Shown piece after piece: positions 27,734 through 36,928 of a stretch of DNA of 64,000 nt. The first letter of the stretch is position 1. Each line of letters begins with the position of its first letter. The position numbers and the translations under genes were made by a program. The notes below the pieces were generated by a model. That model searched no databases, was not told where the DNA came from, and saw only the letters and a program-made list of their open reading frames with translations. Source of the DNA: Candidatus Sumerlaeia bacterium (lineage in GTDB: Bacteria; Sumerlaeota; Sumerlaeia; SLMS01; JANRJK01); NCBI GenBank assembly GCA_033764015.1, contig JANRJK010000013.1:64001-128000 (forward strand), in the 5' to 3' direction.

Positions 27734-29461
27734 TTAGCGGTCGGCGAAGGCGGGCCACTCGCCCTCGTGGGCGAGCAGCAGTTCCGCGGCGCCAAGCTCC
27801 TGCGCGAAACGGGGCGCGAGCGCGCCCGCCGCGGCGGGCAGGAGCCGATCCAGTTCCCCGAGCCCCAGCTCGCCCTCGACCGCGAGGCCGTTGCGCAGCA
27901 GCGCCGCCGCGAGGCGGCCCTCGAGGATCGACGCGAACCGGTCCGCGAGCGCGCCCTCCGGGTGGTGGGCGAGCGCGTTCGCTCGCAGCCGGGCCGTCTC
28001 CGCCACCAGCAGCTCCGCCGCGATCTCCGCCAGGCCCGCCGTCACCGGCTGCGAGGGCTTCGGCGAGCCGTTGGAAGCCTCGATCAGCGCATGGTGCGCG
28101 GCGGCGAGGAAGCGGCGCGCGGCGGCGCAGGCGTCCGTCGGCGCGGCTTCGCGCGCGGCGCCCATCGCCTCCGCCCAGAACGCCGCGTGCGGCCCCTTCA
28201 CGCGGCGGAGGAACGCGTTCACCGTGTTGAGGCGGTTGATCTCGTTGGTGCCCTCGTAGAGCCTCGCCACGCGCAGGTCGCGGTAGTAGCGCGCCACGGG
28301 GTACTCCTCCGAGAAGCCGTAGCCGCCGAAGAGCTGGACCGCGTGGTCCGCGCAGACGTTCGCCGCCTCCGTCATCCAGAACTTCGCGATGGAGCACTCG
28401 ACGGAGAACTCGTCCGCGGCGGCGAGCTTCGCCGCCCGCCCCTGCCCGGCCTCGCGCAGCTCCATCGTGAGGCGGTCGATCTCGCCGCCGACGCGCGCCG
28501 CGAGCGCCTCCGCTCCGAAGGCCAGCGCGCCCATCTCCGCCACCTTCTGCCGAAGCATGCCGAAGTCGATGATGCGCGTCCCGAACTGGCGCCGCTCCGA
28601 GCCGTAGCGCCAGCAGTGCCGCAGCAGCTCCTTCATCGCCCCGATCATCGTCGTGCCGAGCTTGAGGCGGCCGAGGTTCAGCATGTTCAGCGCGAGCTTG
28701 TGGCCGCGCCCCAGCTCGCCTAGCACCGCCTCCTCCGCCACGCGGACCCCGGCGAACCGCAGCGCGCAGGTGGAGGAGCCCTTGATGCCCATCTTGTGCT
28801 CCTCCGCGAGCACCTCGAAGCCGGGCGCGCCGCGCTCGACCATGAAGGCGCTCAGCCCCTTGCCTTCGACCTGCGCGAAGACCTGGAACACCTCGGCCCA
28901 GCGGCCGTTGGTGATGAACTGCTTCGAGCCGTTGAGGACCCACTGTCGCGCGGCGGCGTCGTGCGCGGCGGTGCTGATGCCCGCCAGCGCGTCGCTGCCG
29001 TAGCCGGGCTCCGTCAGCGCGTAGGCGGCGAGGATCTCCGCGCTCATCAGCGGCGCCACCCATCGCCCCGCCAGCGCGTCGCTCCCGGCGAACACGAGCG
29101 GCTGCATCCCGATCCCCTGGTGCACCATCGCCGCCACGCCGAGCGAGCTGGCGCGCCCCAGCTCCTCCAGCGTCGGGAGCACCTCCGTGAGCCCGAGGCC
29201 GAGGCCGTCCAGCTCCTCGGGGATCTCCGCCATGAACAAGCCCAGTCCCGCCAGGCCCTTCAGCAGTTCCGGCACGAGCGCGCCCTGGTCCGAGTCGATC
29301 GCGTCGAAGCGGGGCTGGACCTCGTCCACGATGAACGCGCGGACCGTGCGCTGGAACTCGCGCGCCTCCTGCGGCACCGCTTCGGGAGCGGCCATCGCGG
29401 CGGGGTCGGCGGGCTGGAAGAGAAAGGCTGATCCGCGGGGCAAGGTGGCGGTGGAATTCAT
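27734..29461 (-). CDS. Acyl-CoA dehydrogenase (long FadE/VLCAD-like)
   Basis: Motifs YALTEPGYGSDA, LNGSKQFITN, KMGIKGSST, RRQFG, QLFGGYGF, LYEGTNEIN. Confidence 0.92.
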   Translation of the reverse strand: MNSTATLPRGSAFLFQPADPAAMAAPEAVPQEAREFQRTVRAFIVDEVQPRFDAIDSDQGALVPELLKGLAGLGLFMAEIPEELDGLGLGLTEVLPTLEELGRASSLGVAAMVHQGIGMQPLVFAGSDALAGRWVAPLMSAEILAAYALTEPGYGSDALAGISTAAHDAAARQWVLNGSKQFITNGRWAEVFQVFAQVEGKGLSAFMVERGAPGFEVLAEEHKMGIKGSSTCALRFAGVRVAEEAVLGELGRGHKLALNMLNLGRLKLGTTMIGAMKELLRHCWRYGSERRQFGTRIIDFGMLRQKVAEMGALAFGAEALAARVGGEIDRLTMELREAGQGRAAKLAAADEFSVECSIAKFWMTEAANVCADHAVQLFGGYGFSEEYPVARYYRDLRVARLYEGTNEINRLNTVNAFLRRVKGPHAAFWAEAMGAAREAAPTDACAAARRFLAAAHHALIEASNGSPKPSQPVTAGLAEIAAELLVAETARLRANALAHHPEGALADRFASILEGRLAAALLRNGLAVEGELGLGELDRLLPAAAGALAPRFAQELGAAELLLAHEGEWPAFADR

Positions 29462-29513
29462 CAGGACGGGTACCTGCGGTGCGGGAGATGCGGGCGGCGG
29501 GAAACGCGCGCCG

Positions 29514-29553
29514 TAAACCGTTTGATTGTGGCGTGGCGCTCGGTCCGTGTCAA
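29514..29553 (-). promoter_or_regulatory. Sigma70 promoter with adjacent short operator-like palindrome
   Basis: Minus strand TTGACA-N17-CACAAT immediately followed by CAAACGGTTTA. Confidence 0.6.
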
Positions 29554-29674
29554 GCGCGCCCGCCCCCGCGCCGTTCAATATGCTAAACACGCGCGCGCGG
29601 CGGCGATTCGACTTGAAGCCCGGGGCGCCACGGGGGAGCTTTGAGCAAAGCGGAACAGAATCGAGGACGACGGG

Positions 29675-31270
29675 ATGCACGGCCTACCGGTTCATTTTCA
29701 ACAGCTCGGGGCTGACCTCAACCGCGCGATCTTCTCGCGCGAGAGCGGCGCCGCGGCCCGGCACTACAAGACGCTCCTCGACGTCGCCCCCCAGGCGCGC
29801 CTCCCGGCGGCCCAGCAGTTCGACCTCGCACGCCTCCTCGAACTCGGCGGAGAGCTCGAGCTCGGCCTCGTCGCCTTCGACTCCCTCCTCGAGATGGAGG
29901 ATTCCGATCCCTTCCGCGCGGACGCGCTGCGCCACGCGGGGCACCTCTGCTTCCGCATGAAGAAGTACGAGCTCTGCGCCGACTACCTCACGCAGTTCCT
30001 CGACACGGATCCCAAGCCGAAGGAGCGCATGGACGCGGAGGACATCCTGGGCCGGATGCCCGCCGGGGTGAAGCGCCCCAAGCCCGGCGCGCGCCGCCCC
30101 GCGCCGCTGCGGGCCTCCGAGTTCGCCGGCCTCGCCTCCAGCGACCACATCGAGCCCCAGGCCGCGGCCCGCGGCGACGAGCCGCTGCGCCTCTCGGGCC
30201 TAGAACAGCCGCCGCGCGAGCCCCAGTCCCGCTCCGCGGAGGCGCTCCCGAAAAGCTCGCGCTCCGGCATGGACCCGTTCGCCGCGCCCGCGCCCCCGCC
30301 CGCCCGCCGCCCCGCCGCGGAACCACCCTCGAAGGGTTCCCTCGGCGACGCGCGCTTCGAATCCCGCACCCCGCCCGTGCCGGGCTCGCTGCGCCGGGCC
30401 CAGGACGACGCCCGCGACCGCATGGCGCGCGTGCTCCCGCCGGCGGAGCCGGTCATCGGCGGCGACGAAAGCACCCGCAGGCCCCCGGCATCGATTCCCG
30501 CGAGCGGCGGCATGGTCGACGACCTCCAGCAGGACCCGGAAATGGTCCGCTCCGACTATCTCCGGCTCCGCGGCGCCACCTTCGCCCTCATCCTCCCCAT
30601 CGGAAAGCGCATCTACATCGACGCGGTCGCCGACCTCATCGCCCGCTACAAGAAGATCGACGAGGCGGAGTCGAAGAAGCTCTCCATCGCGCAAAAGGGA
30701 ATCGTGTTCGACAACCTCTCGCTGGCGGACGCGCTCGAGCTGGCGCCCTACACCGCCACCTGCCGCCAGGCGCTCCAGTTCGTCCACGTCGAGCGGGCGC
30801 TGCGCCCCTACGAGCGCGCCGACGTACTCGGCGCGGAGGCGCTCGAGCCCGGCATCAGGATGACCACCGAGAAGGGCATCAAGAAGGCGCGCTGGGCGGA
30901 CTTCCGCCTCATCTCCTGCGCGACCCTCGACATGCATGGCGTGGTGGACGTGTTCGCAGGAGCGCCGCTGAAGCACTTCCGCTTCGCCGACGGCGTCTTC
31001 AACTTCCGGACGATGCTCGAGCCGGAGCAGATCGAGCGCCCCCGCCGCCCCGTCACCGAGCTGGTCGGCAAGCTGGTGGACCTCGCGCCGCAGGCGGTCC
31101 GCTCCCACACCGTGGACCACCTCCGCACCGGGCGCTCCTCCAAGCCCCAGTCCTTCGCGAACAGCGACGAGTTCGACGCCTACAACCGCTGGCTTGTGTT
31201 CGCCCACTTCGCCGAGCCGGTAAGCCCCTCGCAGCTCTCCGCGATCCGCGAGGAAGCGTCGAACTGGTAA
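29675..31270 (+). CDS. Hypothetical protein: N-terminal TPR-like region, Pro/Ala linker, C-terminal globular domain
   Basis: 531-aa ORF with host-like codon usage. Helical repeats at the N-terminus. Confidence 0.7.
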   Translation: MHGLPVHFQQLGADLNRAIFSRESGAAARHYKTLLDVAPQARLPAAQQFDLARLLELGGELELGLVAFDSLLEMEDSDPFRADALRHAGHLCFRMKKYELCADYLTQFLDTDPKPKERMDAEDILGRMPAGVKRPKPGARRPAPLRASEFAGLASSDHIEPQAAARGDEPLRLSGLEQPPREPQSRSAEALPKSSRSGMDPFAAPAPPPARRPAAEPPSKGSLGDARFESRTPPVPGSLRRAQDDARDRMARVLPPAEPVIGGDESTRRPPASIPASGGMVDDLQQDPEMVRSDYLRLRGATFALILPIGKRIYIDAVADLIARYKKIDEAESKKLSIAQKGIVFDNLSLADALELAPYTATCRQALQFVHVERALRPYERADVLGAEALEPGIRMTTEKGIKKARWADFRLISCATLDMHGVVDVFAGAPLKHFRFADGVFNFRTMLEPEQIERPRRPVTELVGKLVDLAPQAVRSHTVDHLRTGRSSKPQSFANSDEFDAYNRWLVFAHFAEPVSPSQLSAIREEASNW

Positions 31271-31473
31271 GGAGTCCTCGCCGCCCGGCGCGGTGCCCGC
31301 GCCGCCCGCCCCCGAGGCTGGCGGGCGGCCAGCCCGTGGCCCGGCCGCCTCGGGGAAAAGTAGGCGGAATCACGCCCGCGCCGGAATTCCGGCGGAAGCC
31401 CGGCTTGACAGGCCCCGCGGGGGGCGGGGACGTTCCTCCCCTTCACCGACCCCACCGCCGGAAAGGGCGTCCC

Positions 31474-31761
31474 ATGGCCAACTACAGCAAAGTCCAGGCG
31501 AGCCACATCCTTGTCGAGACGCTCGCCGAGGCGCAGGACCTGCGCGAGAAGATCGCCGCGGGCGCCGACTTCGGCCAGCTCGCCGCCGCCCACAGCAACT
31601 GCCCCAGCGGCGAGGCCGGCGGCGACCTCGGCTGGTTCGGGCGCGGCATGATGGTCCGCCCCTTCGAGGAGGCGGCCTTCGCCCTCTCCGTCGGCCAGCT
31701 AAGCCAACCGGTCCAGACAGACTTCGGCTACCACCTCATCAAGCTGACCGCCACCGCCTGA
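31474..31761 (+). CDS. ppiC: Parvulin peptidyl-prolyl isomerase
   Basis: Motifs ASHILV, HSNCPSG..GGDLGWFGRGMMV, PVQTDFGYHLI. 95 aa. Confidence 0.92.
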   Translation: MANYSKVQASHILVETLAEAQDLREKIAAGADFGQLAAAHSNCPSGEAGGDLGWFGRGMMVRPFEEAAFALSVGQLSQPVQTDFGYHLIKLTATA

Positions 31762-31780
31762 GCGACGGGGAGCCCCGCCG

Positions 31781-32590
31781 ATGCGCATCCTGGTCACGTC
31801 CGACCTGCACGTGGAGAGCTGCGGCCTCGAGCCGATCCGCCGCCTCGTCGCCGGCATGGACCGCGAGCATCCCGACATCGTCGTGATCGCGGGCGATATC
31901 GGCAACCCCCTCGACCTCTTCGAGGACTGCCTCGCCTGCTTCCTCAAGCTCGACTGCCCCATCGCCGTCCTCGCCGGAAACCACGACGTCTGGTCCGGCC
32001 ACGGCATGACGTCGGAGGAGCTGTGGCGCGGCGGGCTGCCCCAGGTGACGCGCGCCCTGAACTTCCACTGGCTCGAGGACAAGCCACTCGTGCTCGCCGG
32101 CGGAGTCGGCCTCGCGGGCACCATCGGCTGGTACGACTACAGCGCCCGCGCCCGCCATCTGGGCCAAACCGACGAGGAACTCGTCGCAGAGAAGCGGCGC
32201 CACGCCGCCGACGACTTCCGCATCGACTGGGGCTGGGACGACCGCAGCTTCGCCCTCAAGTGCCGCGAGCGGGCACGGACGCACCTCGAGGCGCTCGAGC
32301 GCGATCCCCGCGTCGAGCAGATCGTCTTCGCCACCCACGTCCCGGTCTTCGAGGAGCAGCTCGAGCGGCGCGACCACGACGAGCACTGGTCCCGCGGGAC
32401 CGCCTACTTCGGCCACCTGACACTCGGCGGCGAGGTGGTGAACTTCCCCAAGGTGCGCTACGTCGTGAGCGGACACACGCACATCGGGCAAAACGACGTG
32501 GTCGAGCGGGAGGACGCGCCCCCGATCGCCGTGGCGGTCGTGGCGAGCGACTACATGCGCCCGCGCTGGGTCACGATCGAGACCCCGTGA
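31781..32590 (+). CDS. Calcineurin-like metallophosphoesterase
   Basis: Motifs SDLH, IAGDI, GNHD, THVP, SGHTH. Confidence 0.88.
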   Translation: MRILVTSDLHVESCGLEPIRRLVAGMDREHPDIVVIAGDIGNPLDLFEDCLACFLKLDCPIAVLAGNHDVWSGHGMTSEELWRGGLPQVTRALNFHWLEDKPLVLAGGVGLAGTIGWYDYSARARHLGQTDEELVAEKRRHAADDFRIDWGWDDRSFALKCRERARTHLEALERDPRVEQIVFATHVPVFEEQLERRDHDEHWSRGTAYFGHLTLGGEVVNFPKVRYVVSGHTHIGQNDVVEREDAPPIAVAVVASDYMRPRWVTIETP

Positions 32591-33531
32591 CCGGTCCCAG
32601 CGGACGCCGCGAACGCCGCATCGGCGGGGCGCGCGCGTTCCGCCACCGCGCCACCGCCCGCCTCCTGCTCGCGCTGATGAGCCTCGTCCCGCGGCTTTCC
32701 CTGGAAACCGCGCAGGCGATCGGGTGCTTCGCCGGCGACGCCGCCCGCACGCTGCTCCCCTCGCGGCGGCGCCGCGCCCTCGAACACCTGCGCCTCGCCA
32801 TGCCCGAGCGCTCCGGGGAGCACCCGCGCATCTTACGCGAGACCTTCCGCCATATGGGCATGGTCGCGATGGAGGCGCTTTGGGCCCCGGGCATGGATCC
32901 GGTCCGCGACCTGACCCGCATCTCCGTCGCGAACCCCGAGGCGGTGGAGCGGATCCGCGCGGCCGCGGAGGACGGGAAGCGCGGCATCGTCTTCCTCATC
33001 GGCCACATCGGCGCGTGGGAGCTGCTCGGCCCCTGGATCCCCGCAATATTCGGGCGCGAGCTGATGGTCGTCGCTTCGCCGCCGCACAGCCCAGCCCTCG
33101 AAGAGCCCATGCGCCGGCTGCGCGAGGCGGGGAACAAGAAGGTCGTCTGGCGAGGGGACGCCGCGCTTTCGCTGGTCCGGCACCTGAAGCGCGGCGGGGT
33201 GGTGGTGCTGCTGGCGGACCACAACGTCCGGGGCGAGAGCGCCGCGGTGCCCTTCTTCGGCCGGCCCTCGCAGACGCTCCTGGCGCCCGCTTCGCTCGCG
33301 CTGCGCACCGGCGCGCTCGTCGTCACCGGCGCGCCCTACCGGCGCGGGCGCGGGCGCGTCGAGGTTCTCTTTGACGACCCGCTCCCCCTGCCCGAACTTC
33401 CGGCTTCGCCCGCCGCGCGCCGCGAGGCGGAGATCGAACTGACCGCGGCCTACACGGCCCGCATCGAGGCGCTGGTCCGCCGCGATCCGGGCCAGTGGCT
33501 CTGGACCCACCGCCGCTGGCGCCAACGATGA
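32587..33531 (+). CDS. Lipid A late acyltransferase family (LpxL/HtrB-like)
   Basis: Motifs GHIGAWE, LLADH, VPFFG, DPGQWLWTHRRW. GTGA overlap. Confidence 0.85.
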   Translation: MTGPSGRRERRIGGARAFRHRATARLLLALMSLVPRLSLETAQAIGCFAGDAARTLLPSRRRRALEHLRLAMPERSGEHPRILRETFRHMGMVAMEALWAPGMDPVRDLTRISVANPEAVERIRAAAEDGKRGIVFLIGHIGAWELLGPWIPAIFGRELMVVASPPHSPALEEPMRRLREAGNKKVVWRGDAALSLVRHLKRGGVVVLLADHNVRGESAAVPFFGRPSQTLLAPASLALRTGALVVTGAPYRRGRGRVEVLFDDPLPLPELPASPAARREAEIELTAAYTARIEALVRRDPGQWLWTHRRWRQR

Positions 33532-34286
33532 CGAACGGAACCCGCCCGACCGAGATGACCGCCAGCGACGCCGAACCTCTCCTCGAACTCCGCGGCGTGT
33601 GCTCCGGCTACGGCAGCCTCCAGGTGCTCCGCGACATCACGATCCAACTCCGCCGCGGGGAGATCCTGACGCTGATCGGCGCCAACGGCGCCGGCAAGAC
33701 CACCACGCTCAACACCATCTCGAACATCGTGAAGCTCCGCGCCGGCGAAATCCGCTTCGCCGGCGAGCGCGTGGACCACCTCCCCCCCCAGAAGCTCGTC
33801 GCCCGCGGCCTCATCCACGTCCCCGAGGGCAGGCGCCTCTTCTCCGAACTCACGGTTCTCGAGAACCTGGAGCTCGGCGCCTACCTGCGCAACGACCGGC
33901 CGGGGATCGCCGCCGACTTGGAGCGCGTGTACACGCTCTTCCCGCGCCTCATGGAGCGCGCCAAGCAGCGCGCCGGCTCGCTCTCCGGCGGCGAACAGCA
34001 GATGTGCGCAATCGGCCGCGGCCTCATGGGGCGGCCGACGCTGCTGCTGCTCGACGAGCCATCCCTCGGGCTCGCGCCGATCATCGTGCAGCAGATCTTT
34101 TCGATCATCGTCGAGATCAACAAGGCGGGAACCAGCGTGCTCCTCGTGGAGCAGAACGCGCAGATGGCGCTCAAGATCGCGAACCACGCCCACGTGCTGA
34201 GCGTCGGCGGCCTCGCGCTGAGCGGCACCGGCGCCGAACTGCTCGCCAACGACGACGTGCGGAAGACCTACCTGGGCGAGGCGTAG
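33528..34286 (+). CDS. livF: Branched-chain amino acid ABC transporter ATPase
   Basis: Motifs GANGAGKTT, VPEGRRLF, LSGGEQQM, LDEPSLGLAP, VEQNA. Confidence 0.9.
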   Translation: MTNGTRPTEMTASDAEPLLELRGVCSGYGSLQVLRDITIQLRRGEILTLIGANGAGKTTTLNTISNIVKLRAGEIRFAGERVDHLPPQKLVARGLIHVPEGRRLFSELTVLENLELGAYLRNDRPGIAADLERVYTLFPRLMERAKQRAGSLSGGEQQMCAIGRGLMGRPTLLLLDEPSLGLAPIIVQQIFSIIVEINKAGTSVLLVEQNAQMALKIANHAHVLSVGGLALSGTGAELLANDDVRKTYLGEA

Positions 34287-34289
34287 CGC

Positions 34290-35765
34290 TTGGACGCCGC
34301 GCCGCCGACCGGCCTCCGCGAACGCGTTGTCCGAGGCGGCGCGCTCGCCGTCGGCGCCCAGTTCCTCCGCACCGCCGTCTCGACCCTCGCGCTCATGGCG
34401 CTCGCGCGCCTGGTCGCGCCGGAGGACTTCGGCCTCGTCGCCATGGCGGGCGTGTTCACCGGCTCCCTGGGCCTCTTCCGCAACATCGGGCTGGAGACCG
34501 CGCTGCAGCGCGAGGAGGTGCTCGCACCGGGCCTCGCCTCGAACGTCTTCTGGTGCGCGCTCGCCGCCGGGTGCGCGCTATCGCTCGCGGGGTTGGCGCT
34601 CGCGCCGTTCGCCGCGTGGTTCTATGGCGAGCCCGCCGTCCTGCCGATCGCCGCCGCAGCCGCCGCCGTCTTCATGCTCGACGGCGTCGGGGCCGTGCCG
34701 CTCGCGCTGCTGCGCCGCGAGCTGCGGATCGCCGACGCCACCGCCGCGGACCTCGCCGGGCTCCTCGCCGGGAGCGGCGCCGCCATCACGATCGCCCTCG
34801 CCACGCGCAGCCCCTGGTCGTTGGTCGCGCAGCCGCTCGCCGCGAGCGCGGTGTGTGGCGCCGTCGCCTGGCGGCGCAGCGGATTCCGCCCCTCGGCCCC
34901 GATCCGGGGCACCGGCATCCGCCGCCTGATCCGCTTCGGGGCCGACCTCCTTGGCGTCCGGATCCTCGGCTACGCCTACGGCAACACCGAGTCGCTCCTC
35001 CTCGGCCGCGCGTGGGGCCCCCACGAGGTGGGCCTCTACTCGAGGGCCAACGCGCTGATGCTGATGCCGCTCCAGCTCTGCACCGCGCCCTTGCAGCACG
35101 TCGCCGTTCCCGCGCTTTCCAAGTTCCAGCGCGAGCCGGAGCGCCTCGCGCGCGCATTCCTCGATCTGATTGAGCAGGCGGCGCTCTACCTGCTGCCGCT
35201 GGTCGCGCTGCTGGTCGCGGTGCCGGAACTGCTCGTGCGAGTCGTGCTCGGACCGGAGTGGGTCGCGTCCGCCGGGCTGGTCCGGCTGCTCGCGCTGTGG
35301 GCGCTCGTGCAGCCGTTCCTCAACATGAGCAACTGGCTCTTCCTCGCGCTCGGCAAGAGCCGCGCCTACCTCCGCTACCAGGTGGTCAGCGTCGCGTTCG
35401 TGGTCGGCGGCGCGGTGCTGGCCGCGCCGCACGGAATGCACGCGCTCGCCGCGGTGTTCGTCGCGAGCGGCTTCTGCCTGCGGCTGCCGCTCTACCTCTG
35501 GTTCCTCGGGCGGCACACTCCAGTGTCCGCCGCGGACTTCCTCCGCGCGCTTCTCCCGTTCCTCGCTGCGACGGTCGCGGGGCTCGGCGCGTTCACCGGC
35601 GTGGCTGCAGCCCTTCCGATGGCATCGGAATCGGGAACCAAAGCGGTCGCGTTGTGCGTGGGCGCCGCCTGCCACGCGGCCGTCCTGGCCCTGTTCCCGA
35701 GGGGCCGCGAAGTCCTGCGGCGCACACGCGGCCTCGTCCGGTCGCTGCTGGAGAGACGCGGATGA
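34290..35765 (+). CDS. Polysaccharide flippase (Wzx/WzxC-like)
   Basis: Motifs LARLVAPEDFGLVAM, VGLYSRA, VLGPEW. About 12 TM segments. Confidence 0.85.
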   Translation: MDAAPPTGLRERVVRGGALAVGAQFLRTAVSTLALMALARLVAPEDFGLVAMAGVFTGSLGLFRNIGLETALQREEVLAPGLASNVFWCALAAGCALSLAGLALAPFAAWFYGEPAVLPIAAAAAAVFMLDGVGAVPLALLRRELRIADATAADLAGLLAGSGAAITIALATRSPWSLVAQPLAASAVCGAVAWRRSGFRPSAPIRGTGIRRLIRFGADLLGVRILGYAYGNTESLLLGRAWGPHEVGLYSRANALMLMPLQLCTAPLQHVAVPALSKFQREPERLARAFLDLIEQAALYLLPLVALLVAVPELLVRVVLGPEWVASAGLVRLLALWALVQPFLNMSNWLFLALGKSRAYLRYQVVSVAFVVGGAVLAAPHGMHALAAVFVASGFCLRLPLYLWFLGRHTPVSAADFLRALLPFLAATVAGLGAFTGVAAALPMASESGTKAVALCVGAACHAAVLALFPRGREVLRRTRGLVRSLLERRG

Positions 35766-36928
35766 AGATCGCGCTGATCGGCGTCTCGGGGCTCCGCAAC
35801 CGCGGCATGGAAGCCCTCGTGGCCGTGCTTGTCGATGGGCTGAAGGCGCGCCACCCGGACGCCCGCATCCGGATGTTCACCAAAGTGAGCGATTACGAGA
35901 AGCGCTATTGCGCGGGCGATCCGTGTGTTTCGCTCGAGTCCTCGATTGTCGAGGGCGCAACCGACCGCCTGCGGGCCGTGATCGGACGGGTCGCCGCGCC
36001 GCGCCTGCATCCGCACTTCGCCACGCTGCGCGGGGCCGACCTGATCGTGTTCACGGGCGGGGACGTGCTGACGGACAGCTATGGCCCCGGCAGCTACGAG
36101 CACTTCCTCCGCCAACTCGAACTGGCGATTGCGACAGGGCGTCCGGTGGCTGCGCCCGCGCTCTCCGCGGGGCCTCTGCCGAAGGGCGCGTCGCCGGTGC
36201 GGTTGCTCCGGGCGTTCGAGCGTCTTGCGCACCTCTCATTCCGCGAGGAGCGCTCGCTGGCCTTTGCGCGCTCCATCGGACTGCGGCGCGATGCCCCTGT
36301 CGTGCCGGACCTCGCGGTCCTCCTGCGCCCAACGGAGCGCCCCGCCGCGGTGCCGCCCGTGCTGATCGCGCCGAGCATGGGCTTCGCGCGCTGGTCGGGC
36401 CTTGATGGGGCGGCGCACCTGGACGCGTTGGCGCGCTTCGCCGGGCACGCCCTGCGCGAGTGGGGCGCACCGGTCGGCATCGTGGCGCACACGCACGAGC
36501 GGAACCCGGAAGCGGACGACCGGCGCATCGCCGCCGAGCTCGCGGAGCGCATCGGCGGCGCACCCGTCGTGTACGAGGAGGACCAACCCGCCGCCTGGTA
36601 CAAGGCGCGGCTGGCCTCCGCCGAATTCGTCCTGGCGGAGCGCATGCACGCCGCCGTCGGCGCATTCTCCAGCGGCGTCCCCGGGATGGTCCTGGCGTAC
36701 TCGCTCAAGGCGCATGGGCTCGCGGGTCTCGTCGGATCGCCCGGGGAAGGAGGCCCGCCACCTTGCGCGGACTCGAAGGAGTTGCTTGAAGGCGATACGT
36801 GGATCGACCGGACCGACGCGATCTGGCGCGAGCGACAACGCTGGCGCGTCCACCTCGCCGAGGTGTCCGCCGCTTGGCGGCGGGGCGCGGAGTCCGTGCT
36901 CGACTCGGTTGCGGAGGCGGCGCGTTGA
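35762..36928 (+). CDS. Polysaccharide pyruvyl transferase family (WcaK-like)
   Basis: Motifs NRGMEA, GGDVLTDSYG, FREERS, RMHAAV, AYSLK. ATGA overlap. Confidence 0.82.
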   Translation: MKIALIGVSGLRNRGMEALVAVLVDGLKARHPDARIRMFTKVSDYEKRYCAGDPCVSLESSIVEGATDRLRAVIGRVAAPRLHPHFATLRGADLIVFTGGDVLTDSYGPGSYEHFLRQLELAIATGRPVAAPALSAGPLPKGASPVRLLRAFERLAHLSFREERSLAFARSIGLRRDAPVVPDLAVLLRPTERPAAVPPVLIAPSMGFARWSGLDGAAHLDALARFAGHALREWGAPVGIVAHTHERNPEADDRRIAAELAERIGGAPVVYEEDQPAAWYKARLASAEFVLAERMHAAVGAFSSGVPGMVLAYSLKAHGLAGLVGSPGEGGPPPCADSKELLEGDTWIDRTDAIWRERQRWRVHLAEVSAAWRRGAESVLDSVAEAAR

